From an uncultured Candidatus Binatia bacterium (GTDB taxonomy: Bacteria > Desulfobacterota > Binatia > UBA9968 > JAJDTQ01), in contig OZ219754.1 of the NCBI GenBank assembly GCA_964291295.2, positions 3,072,001 through 3,136,000 on the forward strand: a DNA stretch of 64,000 nucleotides, in the 5' to 3' direction. This document shows, piece by piece, positions 9,932 to 21,406 of this stretch. A program made the translations under genes and the position numbers. The notes below the pieces were generated by a model that was not told the DNA's origin, made no database searches, and saw only the letters and a list, made by a program, of their open reading frames with translations. Every line of letters begins with the position of its first letter. Positions within the stretch are counted from its first letter, which is position 1.

Positions 9932-10699
9932 CTACAGGTGCTTCTCGAAGAAGTCCACGGTCCGCTTCCAGGCGGTCGCCGCGGCAGCCTCGTCGTAGTT
10001 GTCGCTGTCGGCGTTGGCAAAGGCATGCCCCGCGTTGGGGTAGATGAAGATCATGTGGTCGCCCTTGAGGGTCTTGAGCCTGGCGCGGAACTCGCGGACA
10101 CTGTCCACCTGGATGCCTCGGTCCGCCTCGCCGAAGTGCCCGAGGATCGACGCACGCATCCGGCTCAGATCATCCTTGGGATTGAACCGGCCATAGTAGA
10201 TCACCGAGGCCTTGACTCCGAGGTCATTCCTGGCCATCTGGTAGGACCAGCCGCCGCCGAAACACCAACCGACCGAGGCAATACGCGCCGGGTCCACTTC
10301 TCCCTTGAGCCCGGTGAGGTAGTTCACCGCCTGCTGCAGGTTGGCGAAAGCCGCGTCGGGATCCTTGCGCACGCCGCCGGCCAGTTTGCGCGCACCCGCC
10401 CTGTCCGCCGCCACCCGGCCATCGTAAAGATCCACCGCCAGGGCCGCGTAGCCCAGCTTGGCGAACGCACGCGCGTTCTCCCGGATGTTGTCGTTGAGGC
10501 CCCACCACTCGTGGATCAGGATCAGCCCCGGACGGGGCTTCTTGTCGGCGGGCTTGGCCAGGTAGCCCTTGACCTTCGGGTTGGCCTTGTCATAGGCCAC
10601 CTCGGCCGTGGTGATCTTCATGCCTTGGCCATGGACGTCACCGGCCATGACAGGGAACGCCAATGCCACGAACACCGCACACAACATTCGAAGTGTCAT
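9932..10699 (-). CDS. Dienelactone hydrolase family protein with signal peptide
   Basis: IHEWWGL, GWCFGG, YPNAGHAF. Confidence 0.9.
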   Translation of the reverse strand: MTLRMLCAVFVALAFPVMAGDVHGQGMKITTAEVAYDKANPKVKGYLAKPADKKPRPGLILIHEWWGLNDNIRENARAFAKLGYAALAVDLYDGRVAADRAGARKLAGGVRKDPDAAFANLQQAVNYLTGLKGEVDPARIASVGWCFGGGWSYQMARNDLGVKASVIYYGRFNPKDDLSRMRASILGHFGEADRGIQVDSVREFRARLKTLKGDHMIFIYPNAGHAFANADSDNYDEAAAATAWKRTVDFFEKHL

Positions 10700-10792
10700 G
10701 TCCCTTCTCCCCCAGGCCCGGACAATGTCAACCCTCGGACTCGCGCTTGTGAGCGACGCCCAGAGCTACGCCCACACCGGCACACCCGAAGG

Positions 10793-10869
10793 TGGCGCGC
10801 CCGAAGGGAGTCGAACCCCTAACCTCCAGATCCGTAGTCTGGCGCTCTATCCAATTGAGCTACGGGCGC
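10793..10869 (-). tRNA. tRNA-Arg(ACG)
   Basis: GCGCCCGTAGCTCAATTGGATAGAGC..CT-ACG-GA..GGTTCGACTCC..GGGCGCGCCA. Confidence 0.97.
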
Positions 10870-10889
10870 AAAGTGCCGGGGAAAGTTGC

Positions 10890-10953
10890 AAACCAGAACT
10901 GAAAACCAGAGTTGAAAACCGAATTGAAAACCAGAAACGAAAAACCAGAGTCT
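10890..10953. repeat. Degenerate ~12-13 bp tandem repeat (GAAAACCAGAGTT-like, ~5 units)
   Basis: AAACCAGAACT GAAAACCAGAGTT GAAAACCGAATT GAAAACCAGAAAC GAAAAACCAGAGT. Confidence 0.8.
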
Positions 10954-11189
10954 GATCCAGTTAACCACACCAACCGGGAAACCGCAATCATGCAGATCCC
11001 GCAATCGTGCAGGTCCGGAACGCCATCCGGCCCTCCCGGACGCCGCTCGGCAGGGAACCCGGCGGCAGCGGGATGCGCGGGCCTCGCCCGGCTGTCCCCT
11101 GCCCGGTCGTCCCGAAGCCGGGAGATGCGGAAAGTAGCAACACGGAAAGTCGCAACACGGACCGCGCCGCGGCCGGACCGCGGAATGGG

Positions 11190-11280
11190 TGGCGGAGAGA
11201 GAGGGATTCGAACCCTCGGTACCCTCGTGGGGTACACACGCTTAGCAGGCGTGCGCCTTCGACCGCTCGGCCATCTCTCC
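11190..11280 (-). tRNA. tRNA-Ser(GCT)
   Basis: GGAGAGATGGCCGAGCGGTCGAAGGC..CT-GCT-AA, long variable arm, GGTTCGAATCC..CCGCCA. Confidence 0.97.
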
Positions 11281-11438
11281 GATGCATGGAAGTGACCAGA
11301 CATATGCCACACCCGACTGCGGCGGTCAAACTTCGAGGCCCCGGGGCGGGGCTGCGAACGCGCGGCAAGGCATGAATCCGGCCCGGGCGGTCATGGCGGA
11401 GTCCGCAGGCCAGCCGGGCGGCGCATGACGCGGTCCGT

Positions 11439-11467
11439 TTGACAACCCCGGCTGCCGCCCCTAACAT
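11439..11467 (+). promoter_or_regulatory. sigma70-type promoter for gltX
   Basis: TTGACA-17 nt-TAACAT. Confidence 0.65.
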
Positions 11468-11549
11468 GGTCCGGACCGGCGGCGCGGCCCGGGCGGGGCG
11501 CCGGCACCCCGCCGCCGGCACCCCGCACCCGCGGCCCCTCTGGAACCAC

Positions 11550-12995
11550 ATGCCCGAAGTCCGTACACGAGTCCGTACACGTTTCGCTCCCAGCCCCACC
11601 GGCTACCTGCATGTCGGAGGCGCGCGCACGGCGTTGTTCAACTACCTGTACGCCCGGCACTGCGGCGGGACATTCATCCTGCGCATCGAGGACACGGACC
11701 GGCGGCGGTCGACGCCCGAGGCCATCGACGCCATCCTTCGCGGCATGGAATGGCTCGGACTGGAGTGGGACGAGGGACCGTTCCGTCAGACGGAGCGCCT
11801 GGCACTCTACCAGGAACGCCTTCGCACGCTCCTGAACGCGGGCGACGCCTATCCTTGCAGGTGCACGCCGGAAACCCTCGACGCCAAGCGGGAAGCCGCG
11901 CTCGCCGAGAAGCGCAAGCCGGTCTACGACGGAACCTGCCGGCCCCGGGAAAAGTCGGCGGCGCGGTTGCCGGAGGGTGTCCCCTGCACCATCCGGTTCC
12001 GGTCGCCGGAGAGCGGCGCGACGGTGGTGCATGACAAGGTCAAGGGGCGCGTGGAGTTCGACAACACCGAACTCGACGACCTGATCCTCGCCCGCTCCGA
12101 CGGCAGCCCCACCTACAACTTCTGCGTGGTGTGCGACGACATCGACATGGGCATCACCCACATCCTCCGGGGCGACGACCACCTGTCCAACACGCCGCGG
12201 CAGATGCAGCTCTACCAGGCCCTGGGCTCGGACCCGCCGGTATTCGCCCATGTGCCTTTGATCCTGGGAGTGGACAGGAAGCGGCTGAGCAAGCGTCATG
12301 GCGCCACCTCGGTCACGGCCTACCGGGACATGGGCTACTTCGCCGAAGCGCTGATCAACTATCTGGTGCGCCTGGGCTGGTCCCACGGCGACCAGGAGAT
12401 CTTCGACAGCGGGGAGTTGGTGGAGAAGTTCGACATCGACGCCGTCGGCAAGTCACCGGCGGTCTTCAACCCCGAGAAGCTGCTGTGGCTCAATGCCCAC
12501 TACCTCAAGAACCGCACGCTGTCCCGGCTGGCGGAAGACGTGATCCCCTTCCTGACCAGCGCGGGTCATGGCATGCCCCGCGACCGGCAATGGCTCGAGA
12601 GGATGGTGGGAACCCTGAGGGAACGGGCCAGGTCGCTGGTGGAGCTGGTGGACATGGCGCACTGTTTCCTGACGGAGACGGTGGAGGTCGACGAGAAGGC
12701 CGGCCGCCGGCACCTGGTTCCCGCGACCCGGAACCTGCTGCGGGAGGTTTCCGTCAAGCTGGGGAATCTGGCGGACTTCGACGAGACCGGCATCGAGCGG
12801 GTGTTCGGCGAAGTGGTCGCCGAGCGGGGCATCAAGCTGGGCAAGGTGGCCCAGCCGGTGCGGGTGGCGCTCACCGGCTCCACCGTGAGCCCGGGCATCT
12901 ACGAGGTCATCGGCGTGCTGGGACGGGAGGCGACGCTGGAGCGGCTTGCGGCCGCCCTTCGCTACATCGATTCCCAACTTGACGCCGGGGTCTGA
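11550..12995 (+). CDS. gltX: Glutamate--tRNA ligase
   Basis: [14 protein letters not shown] (HIGH), RIEDTD, RGDDH, LSKRHG (KMSKS). Confidence 0.97.
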   Translation: MPEVRTRVRTRFAPSPTGYLHVGGARTALFNYLYARHCGGTFILRIEDTDRRRSTPEAIDAILRGMEWLGLEWDEGPFRQTERLALYQERLRTLLNAGDAYPCRCTPETLDAKREAALAEKRKPVYDGTCRPREKSAARLPEGVPCTIRFRSPESGATVVHDKVKGRVEFDNTELDDLILARSDGSPTYNFCVVCDDIDMGITHILRGDDHLSNTPRQMQLYQALGSDPPVFAHVPLILGVDRKRLSKRHGATSVTAYRDMGYFAEALINYLVRLGWSHGDQEIFDSGELVEKFDIDAVGKSPAVFNPEKLLWLNAHYLKNRTLSRLAEDVIPFLTSAGHGMPRDRQWLERMVGTLRERARSLVELVDMAHCFLTETVEVDEKAGRRHLVPATRNLLREVSVKLGNLADFDETGIERVFGEVVAERGIKLGKVAQPVRVALTGSTVSPGIYEVIGVLGREATLERLAAALRYIDSQLDAGV

Positions 12996-13007
12996 TTGAT
13001 TTATCCT
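12979..13007 (+). promoter_or_regulatory. sigma70-type promoter for tRNA-Gln/tRNA-Glu
   Basis: TTGACG-17 nt-TATCCT, 11 nt upstream of tRNA-Gln. Confidence 0.6.
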
Positions 13008-13018
13008 TTGTAACCGAT

Positions 13019-13094
13019 TGAGGAGTCGGCTAATTGGTAAGCCACCTGACTCTGGATCAGGCGATTGTAGGTTCGAGTCCTACCTCCTCAGCCA
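13019..13094 (+). tRNA. tRNA-Gln(CTG)
   Basis: TGAGGAG/CTCCTCA acceptor stem, CCTGA-CT-CTG-GA-TCAGG, GGTTCGAGTCC, CCA. Confidence 0.97.
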
Positions 13095-13095
13095 C

Positions 13096-13167
13096 GGTCC
13101 CATCGTCTAGCGGTTAGGACGCTGGCCTCTCACGCCAGAAACACGGGTTCGAGTCCCGTTGGGATCA
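13096..13167 (+). tRNA. tRNA-Glu(CTC), CCA not encoded
   Basis: GGTCCCATCGTCTAGCGGTTAGGAC..CT-CTC-AC..GGTTCGAGTCC..TGGGATCA. Confidence 0.95.
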
Positions 13168-13254
13168 CTCCCCCGGACTCTCTTCAGTATTGTTCCCACC
13201 TTCGTTCCCCACCGTCGGACGCTCTCCTCACGGAACCACCACCGGCGGCGGTCC

Positions 13255-13725
13255 TCATCGAAGCCATTTTCCGATGCCGTCCGACTCCGCGCCGCCCTTC
13301 GCCGGCGGGCGGATTGCCCGCGCGCCGTCCGCGCCGGTGAACTGCACGGCAAGGGTGGCGTATGGCTCCGGCAGCTCCACCGCGGTGGCTCCGGCCCAGA
13401 GGCCGTCGAGGTCGTAGAACCGCCGCACCGGCTCGTAGAAAACGTGCACGAGGATGTCGGAGAAGTCCATCAGCACCCACTGGCCCCGGGTGATGCCCTC
13501 CGTGGCCAACGGGCGCAGGCCGTGGGCACGGCCGTCTTCCCGGAGTCCTTCGGCGATGCTCTGGACGTGCCGGTCGGACCGACCGGAGCAGATGATGAAG
13601 TAGTCGGCGATGGTGGTGAGCTCGCCAACCTCCAGCAGGGCGAGCGCCTCGGCTTTTTTTTCGAGCGCGAAGCCGCAGAGCAACAACGCCTTTTCCCGGG
13701 CGTCCCGTTCCTGCGTTTCGGTCAC
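13255..13725 (-). CDS. rsfS: Ribosome silencing factor (iojap)
   Basis: IADYFIICSGRSDRHVQSIAE, WVLMDFSDILVHVF..RRFYDLDGLW; GTG start overlaps nadD stop. Confidence 0.93.
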   Translation of the reverse strand: MTETQERDAREKALLLCGFALEKKAEALALLEVGELTTIADYFIICSGRSDRHVQSIAEGLREDGRAHGLRPLATEGITRGQWVLMDFSDILVHVFYEPVRRFYDLDGLWAGATAVELPEPYATLAVQFTGADGARAIRPPAKGGAESDGIGKWLR

Positions 13726-14384
13726 GGACACTCCACCGGCTGGTTGTAGAGACGTCGAGCTTCCATGTAGCGCCACACTTCCGGAGGAACCAGGCCGCGA
13801 ATCGATCGGCCCTTTCCAAGCCGTTCCCGAATGGTCGAGGCGGAAACGCGAACGTCCGTCAGACGCTGGAACAGGATCTTCCTGCCGAACTCGTTCCGGA
13901 AGCCGGATGGGATCGGATCGTAGCAGAATGCCTCCCGCACGACAACGGGAATCTTCTCGTAGGGCAGGTCGTCTCCGAACCCCGGCCGGGAGGTCACGAT
14001 CACATGGGTGAGCGAAAGCAGCTCGCGCCACTCCTTCCAGGCGCCCATGAGCAGGAAGGCGTCGAGGCCGAGGATCATGAACAGGTGGTCCCCGGGCGCC
14101 AGCGTGGCGGAGAAGTGGCGCACGGTGTCAATGGAGTAGGAAGCGCCCGGCCGCGCGACCTCGACATCCGAGACCCCGAGACCCGGGCGGTGCGCCGCCG
14201 CCAGCCGCACCATCTCCAGGCGGTGATGGGCCGCGGCCCCCGGACGGCCGCTCCGGTGCGGCGGTACGCCGCACGGCACGAAGCGGACCTCGTCCAGCGC
14301 GAAGGCCTGGCGCACCTCCTCGGCGCTCCTCAGGTGGCCGGAGTGAATGGGATCGAAGGTGCCACCGAACAAGCCGAGCCGCAT
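13722..14384 (-). CDS. nadD: Nicotinate-nucleotide adenylyltransferase
   Basis: GLFGGTFDPIHSGH, SYSIDT, VSASTIR. Confidence 0.95.
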   Translation of the reverse strand: MRLGLFGGTFDPIHSGHLRSAEEVRQAFALDEVRFVPCGVPPHRSGRPGAAAHHRLEMVRLAAAHRPGLGVSDVEVARPGASYSIDTVRHFSATLAPGDHLFMILGLDAFLLMGAWKEWRELLSLTHVIVTSRPGFGDDLPYEKIPVVVREAFCYDPIPSGFRNEFGRKILFQRLTDVRVSASTIRERLGKGRSIRGLVPPEVWRYMEARRLYNQPVECP

Positions 14385-14391
14385 GGCATGC

Positions 14392-15648
14392 TCAGGTACG
14401 GATCTGTCCGTCGCCGAACACGAAGAACTTGGTGCTGGTGAGCTCTTCCAGTCCCATGGGGCCGAAGGCGTGGATCTTGCTGGTGCTGATGCCGATCTCC
14501 GCCCCGAGGCCGAGCTCGCCGCCGTCATTGAAACGAGTGGAGGCGTTGACCAGGACGGCGGAGGAGTGGACCCGCGCCACGAACTCCCGGGCCCTGGCGC
14601 GGTTCGCGGTCACGATGGTCTCGGTGTGATCCGAACCGTACTTGCGGATGTGCTCAATGGCCTCGTCCATGTCCGCCACCACCCGCACCGCCAGCACGAG
14701 ATCCAGATATTCCTCGTGCCAGTCCTGCTCGCCGGCCGGCGCCACGTCAGGTCGCAGCGCGCGGGTCTTTTCGCAGCCGCGCACCTCCACTCCGTTCTCC
14801 TTCAGCCTCCCGACGATGCCGGGCAGGAACCGCGACGCCACCGCCTGATGGACCAGCAGGGTCTCCATGGCGTTGCACACCGAGGGCCGCTGCACCTTGG
14901 CGTTGAGGGAGATCCGCTCCGCCATGTCCAGATCCGCGTCACTGTCCACGTAGACGTGGCACACCCCCTTGTAGTGCTTGATCACCGGCACCCGGGAGTT
15001 GGCGGCGACGAACCGGATGAGCGCTTCGCCACCCCGGGGTATGACCAGGTCCACGTATTCCTCAAGCTTCAGCAGCTCGTGGACCATCGCTCGGTCGGCG
15101 GACGCCACCACCTGAACCGCATCTTCCGGTGCTCCCGCACGCGCACAGGCCTCCCGCAAAACCTCGCCGATGGCCCGGTTGGAAGACATCGCCTCGCTGC
15201 CGCCCCTGAGGATCAACGCGTTGCCCGACTTGAGACACAGAGAGGCGGCGTCTGCGGTGACATTGGGGCGAGCCTCGTAGATGATGGCGACGACCCCCAG
15301 CGGTATGCGCATCTTCCCCACTTCCAGGCCGTTGGGACGCTGCCATGTCCGGGTGACCTGCCGCACCGGATCGGGCAGGCCGGCGATGTCCCGCATGCCC
15401 GCGGCCATGGCCGCCACCCGTGAAGGATTCAATGTGAGACGATCCATCACCGCCCGGGAAAGACCCTTCCCCTCGGCACCGGCCACATCCCGGGCGTTCT
15501 CGGCCAGCAGGAAATCCTGCCGCGCCTCGATGCCGTCGGCCATGGCCGCAAGGATGCGATTCTTCACCTCGGTGGACAGGTTGGCGAGGGCGCCGGCCGC
15601 TTCCCTGGCGCGCGCGCCCATGGCCCGTGCTTCGTCGGCCCACACCAT
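14392..15648 (-). CDS. proA: Gamma-glutamyl phosphate reductase
   Basis: IYEARPNVT, PSVCNAMET, NASTRFNDGGELGLGAEIGIST; GGAGG RBS before ATG 15648. Confidence 0.96.
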   Translation of the reverse strand: MVWADEARAMGARAREAAGALANLSTEVKNRILAAMADGIEARQDFLLAENARDVAGAEGKGLSRAVMDRLTLNPSRVAAMAAGMRDIAGLPDPVRQVTRTWQRPNGLEVGKMRIPLGVVAIIYEARPNVTADAASLCLKSGNALILRGGSEAMSSNRAIGEVLREACARAGAPEDAVQVVASADRAMVHELLKLEEYVDLVIPRGGEALIRFVAANSRVPVIKHYKGVCHVYVDSDADLDMAERISLNAKVQRPSVCNAMETLLVHQAVASRFLPGIVGRLKENGVEVRGCEKTRALRPDVAPAGEQDWHEEYLDLVLAVRVVADMDEAIEHIRKYGSDHTETIVTANRARAREFVARVHSSAVLVNASTRFNDGGELGLGAEIGISTSKIHAFGPMGLEELTSTKFFVFGDGQIRT

Positions 15649-15694
15649 GACTTCCTCCGGTTCAACCCCCACGGTTCAGCCCCCGTCACCCGGA

Positions 15695-17891
<2,197 letters not shown>

Positions 17892-18072
17892 TCATGGACC
17901 GCGGCGATGTTCGCGAGAACCGAGGACGCCAGGACTGATGACGTCAGAACAGAGGATTTCAGGACAGAGAAAAGGACAGGTGGAACAAGGGGACAGGGGG
18001 CATGACGGGAATGAAGCAACGGCACGGGCATGGAAGCCGCGGACGCGAGCCGTCGTGCGCGCGGGACGGCTT

Positions 18073-18327
18073 TCAGGCGGGAACCACGGCGACGCGCTTG
18101 CGCGAACGTCCCCAGCGTTGATACTCCACCACGCCCTCCACCAGCGCGAACAGGGTGTAGTCCCGCCCCATGCCGACATTCCTGCCCGGATGGATCCGGG
18201 TGCCGAGCTGGCGGACGAGGATGTTGCCCGCCTTGACGTGCTGTCCGCCGTAGCGCTTGACGCCGCGCCTCTGTCCCTGACTGTCGCGACCGTTGCGTGA
18301 GCTTCCGCCCGATTTCTTGTGCGCCAT
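18073..18327 (-). CDS. rpmA: 50S ribosomal protein L27
   Basis: [24 protein letters not shown]. Confidence 0.98.
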   Translation of the reverse strand: MAHKKSGGSSRNGRDSQGQRRGVKRYGGQHVKAGNILVRQLGTRIHPGRNVGMGRDYTLFALVEGVVEYQRWGRSRKRVAVVPA

Positions 18328-18340
18328 CGGTTGTTCCCGC

Positions 18341-18667
18341 CTATGACCGGATTTCGATGATTCTCAGGGTGGTCTGCATCTGACGGTGGCCCTGTTTCCG
18401 CTTGTAACCCTTCCGCCTCTTCTTCTTGAAGACGATGATCTTCCTGTCGAGTCCCTGCTTGACGATCTCCGCCGTGACCTCGGCCTGTTCCACCGTCGGG
18501 GTACCGATCCGGACCGGCTCGCCGTCGTCGCCGCCGCTCACCAGCAACACGTCGGCAAGGGTCACGGTGGCGCCCACATCGCCTCCCAGACGCTCCACGT
18601 CCACCAGTTCGCCCTCGGCGACCCGGTATTGCTTCCCGCCCGTCCTTACAACCGCATAACGTTCCAT
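18341..18667 (-). CDS. rplU: 50S ribosomal protein L21
   Basis: [30 protein letters not shown]. Confidence 0.98.
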   Translation of the reverse strand: MERYAVVRTGGKQYRVAEGELVDVERLGGDVGATVTLADVLLVSGGDDGEPVRIGTPTVEQAEVTAEIVKQGLDRKIIVFKKKRRKGYKRKQGHRQMQTTLRIIEIRS

Positions 18668-18678
18668 CGTCGCATGAA

Positions 18679-18707
18679 TTTGTAATGGACAACGCCGTTG
18701 ATGTCAA
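18679..18707 (-). promoter_or_regulatory. sigma70-type promoter for rplU-rpmA
   Basis: Minus strand TTGACA-17 nt-TACAAA. Confidence 0.55.
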
Positions 18708-20470
18708 ACCCCCGCGCCCTTTACGTCCAGCAACCGCAACTCCATGGCGCAGGTGCCCTGCCACTCGTTCTCCCTCAACCGGTAGGCGACGTCCACGTGG
18801 TCGTTGACGCGGACCGGGAGTTCCCCCGGAGGGCCGAAAGCCACCGCGGTCACGGTACGTTCGCCGTGTCCGAGACGAAAGCGGGAGACCGCGTTGAAGT
18901 CGCGGCGCTCGCGCACCTCCACGCCCCGAGTCTGGAACACCGGTTCCGGATTGCCCACCCCGAAAGGACCCAGGTGGCGCATCTGCCGCACCAGCCCCAA
19001 GCTCAACTGCCGGAAGTCCACCTCGGCGTCGACGTCGAGGCAGGGCAGCAGATCCTCGTCGCTCAGGACCTCCCGCGCCACCTCTTCGAAACGTCCGGCA
19101 AAGGCCTCGAGCCTCTCCTCCCGGATGCTCAGACCGCCGGCATGCTCATGGCCGCCGAAGCGTTCCAGCAGATCCTCGCACCGGCGCATGGCCCGGACCA
19201 TGTGGAAACCGCGGATGCTTCGTCCCGAGCCCTTGCCCTCGCCGTCGTCGAGCCCGATAACGACGGTGGGGCGGTGAAACCGTTCAACCACGCGCGAGGC
19301 CACGATCCCGAGCACGCCGGGATGCCAGCCCCGGCGCGCCACGACGATGGACCGGCAATGGTGGAGACGCCGCTCCTCGATCTGCGCCAGCGCCTCATCC
19401 AGCACCTGCGCCTCGGTCTCCCGCCGATCCCGGTTGTGGCCGTCCAGTTCCCGGGCGATCTCCTCGGCGGTGGCCCGGGAATCGGTGGTGAGCATCTCCA
19501 CCACTTTCATCGCCGCATCCATGCGGCCGGCGGCGTTGATGCGCGGGCCGAACTGGAACGCCACGGTGCCGGCATCCAACGCGCCTTCGCGCACCCCCAC
19601 GACCTCCCGCAGCGCCACGATGCCCGGCCGGGTCGAACTCCCCAACTCCATCAGGCCCCGGCGCGTCAATACCCGGTTGGCGCCGCGCAGCGGCACCATG
19701 TCGGCGATGGTGCCCAGGGTCACGATGTCCAGGTGGCGGCGGATGTCCGGCACCGCGTCGGGCTCGAACCAGCCGGACTCGCGCAGCGCCGCCCGCAGGC
19801 CAATGACAAGATAGAAGGCCAGCCCCGCCGCGCAAAGGCCCTTGTCCGGGAAGGCGCAGTCGGTCTGCTGGGGGTTGATGACGGCCGCCGCCGCCTCCGG
19901 AAGACGCTCCGGCAACTGGTGGTGGTCGACGATCACCACATCCATGCCCAAGCCCCGGGCCAGCGCCACCTCGCCGGCGTTGGAGATGCCGCAGTCCACG
20001 GTGATGATGAGCGTCACGTCACGGGAATGGAGATGCTCGATCCCCTGCCGGCTCATGCCGTAGCCCTCGTCGATCCGATGCGGGATGTAGAACATCGGCT
20101 CGCGCCCGATTTCCCGTAGAAACGACACCAGGACCGCGGCGCCGGTGGTGCCGTCCACGTCGTAGTCGCCCCACACGCAGACCCGCTCACGGTCATGCAA
20201 CGCGCGGCAGATGCGCCGCACCGCCGGGTCCATTCCCGCCAACAGATGAGGCGGGGGCAGGTCGGCGCTCAGGCTGGACGACAGGAAGCGCCGGGCGGCG
20301 TCCGGCTCCGCAAACCCGCGCTGTACGAGAATCCGGGCGAGCAACAACGGCAGCCCGAGCTCCCGGGCCAGCCGCGCGGCCGCGTCCGCGTCCGTCTCCT
20401 TGAGGATCCAGCGCTTGGGAGCGTCGTTCAACTCGAGCCTGGCCGGGTTACCGCCTGCGGCCTTTTTCAA
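18704..20470 (-). CDS. recJ: ssDNA-specific exonuclease RecJ (start uncertain)
   Basis: GDYDVDG, TVDCG, VDHH, PRINAAGR, FGGH, PFGVGNPEP. Confidence 0.95.
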   Translation of the reverse strand: MKKAAGGNPARLELNDAPKRWILKETDADAAARLARELGLPLLLARILVQRGFAEPDAARRFLSSSLSADLPPPHLLAGMDPAVRRICRALHDRERVCVWGDYDVDGTTGAAVLVSFLREIGREPMFYIPHRIDEGYGMSRQGIEHLHSRDVTLIITVDCGISNAGEVALARGLGMDVVIVDHHQLPERLPEAAAAVINPQQTDCAFPDKGLCAAGLAFYLVIGLRAALRESGWFEPDAVPDIRRHLDIVTLGTIADMVPLRGANRVLTRRGLMELGSSTRPGIVALREVVGVREGALDAGTVAFQFGPRINAAGRMDAAMKVVEMLTTDSRATAEEIARELDGHNRDRRETEAQVLDEALAQIEERRLHHCRSIVVARRGWHPGVLGIVASRVVERFHRPTVVIGLDDGEGKGSGRSIRGFHMVRAMRRCEDLLERFGGHEHAGGLSIREERLEAFAGRFEEVAREVLSDEDLLPCLDVDAEVDFRQLSLGLVRQMRHLGPFGVGNPEPVFQTRGVEVRERRDFNAVSRFRLGHGERTVTAVAFGPPGELPVRVNDHVDVAYRLRENEWQGTCAMELRLLDVKGAGV

Positions 20471-21344
20471 AGAAGAGAATCGTCGGTGTGGCCACGAAGA
20501 TGGTGGAGTAGAGCCCGGCCAGGAAGCCGACGAACAGCGTGAAGGCGAAAGGCCGGATCACGCCGCCGCCCAGGACCAGAAGCGCGGTCAACACCAGGAG
20601 CGATGTCACCGTGGTCAGGATGGTCCGGCCCAGGGTTTCGTTGATGCTGGCGTTGATGATCTTCTCCATGGGGTCGCGGCGGTGCTTGCGCATGTTCTCG
20701 CGGATGCGGTCGCAGATGACCACGGTGTCGTTGACCGAGTATCCGGCGATGGTCAGGATCGCCGCGACGATGGGAAGATCGAACTCGAAGCCGGCGACGA
20801 TCAGCGCCCCGACCGTTATCAGCACGTCGTGGATCAGGGCCACGATGGCGCCCAGCCCGAAGCGCAGCTCGAAGCGCAGCCAGATGTACGCGCCCATCAT
20901 GATGGTGGCGAAAATGACCGACAGGATGCCCCGGCGCCGGAGGTCGTCGCCCACCTTGGGTCCTACGGACTCCACCCGCAGCACTTCGTAGGAGCCCTCG
21001 CCGAACGCGCCGTCGAGAACCTCCCGGATGTCCTTGCCCACCGTGCCGACCTGGGCGGCGGACTTCTCGATGCGGATCAGATACTCGCCGGTGCCGCCGC
21101 CGCCGAAATCCTGCACCACGCCGCCCAGCGGCGACTGCCGCATGACGGTGCGCAACTGTCCGATGGTGACCGTATCCGCGAGCTTGACGTGCACCATGGT
21201 GCCGCCTTCGAAATCCACTCCCAGGTTCGGGCCCTTGGTGAACAGCAGCAGCAGCACGGCGACGATGAGCACCGACGAGACCACGAAACCCCATCGGCGG
21301 TAGCTCAAGAACGGTATCCGGGTTCCCGGCCTGATGATCTCCAT
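20448..21344 (-). CDS. secF: Protein translocase subunit SecF
   Basis: GVDFEGG, VGPKVG, GYSVNDTVV, TLGRTILT. Confidence 0.96.
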   Translation of the reverse strand: MEIIRPGTRIPFLSYRRWGFVVSSVLIVAVLLLLFTKGPNLGVDFEGGTMVHVKLADTVTIGQLRTVMRQSPLGGVVQDFGGGGTGEYLIRIEKSAAQVGTVGKDIREVLDGAFGEGSYEVLRVESVGPKVGDDLRRRGILSVIFATIMMGAYIWLRFELRFGLGAIVALIHDVLITVGALIVAGFEFDLPIVAAILTIAGYSVNDTVVICDRIRENMRKHRRDPMEKIINASINETLGRTILTTVTSLLVLTALLVLGGGVIRPFAFTLFVGFLAGLYSTIFVATPTILFFEKGRRR

Positions 21345-21406
21345 AGTCTTCGCAGTCCAGTCCGTGACAAGTCCGCCCACGTCGCCCATGCACGGGTTCC
21401 GGGAAC

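Noticed and set aside
10890-10953. CRISPR array
   Set aside because: Units are 12-13 bp with no spacers, and no cas genes occur in the window.
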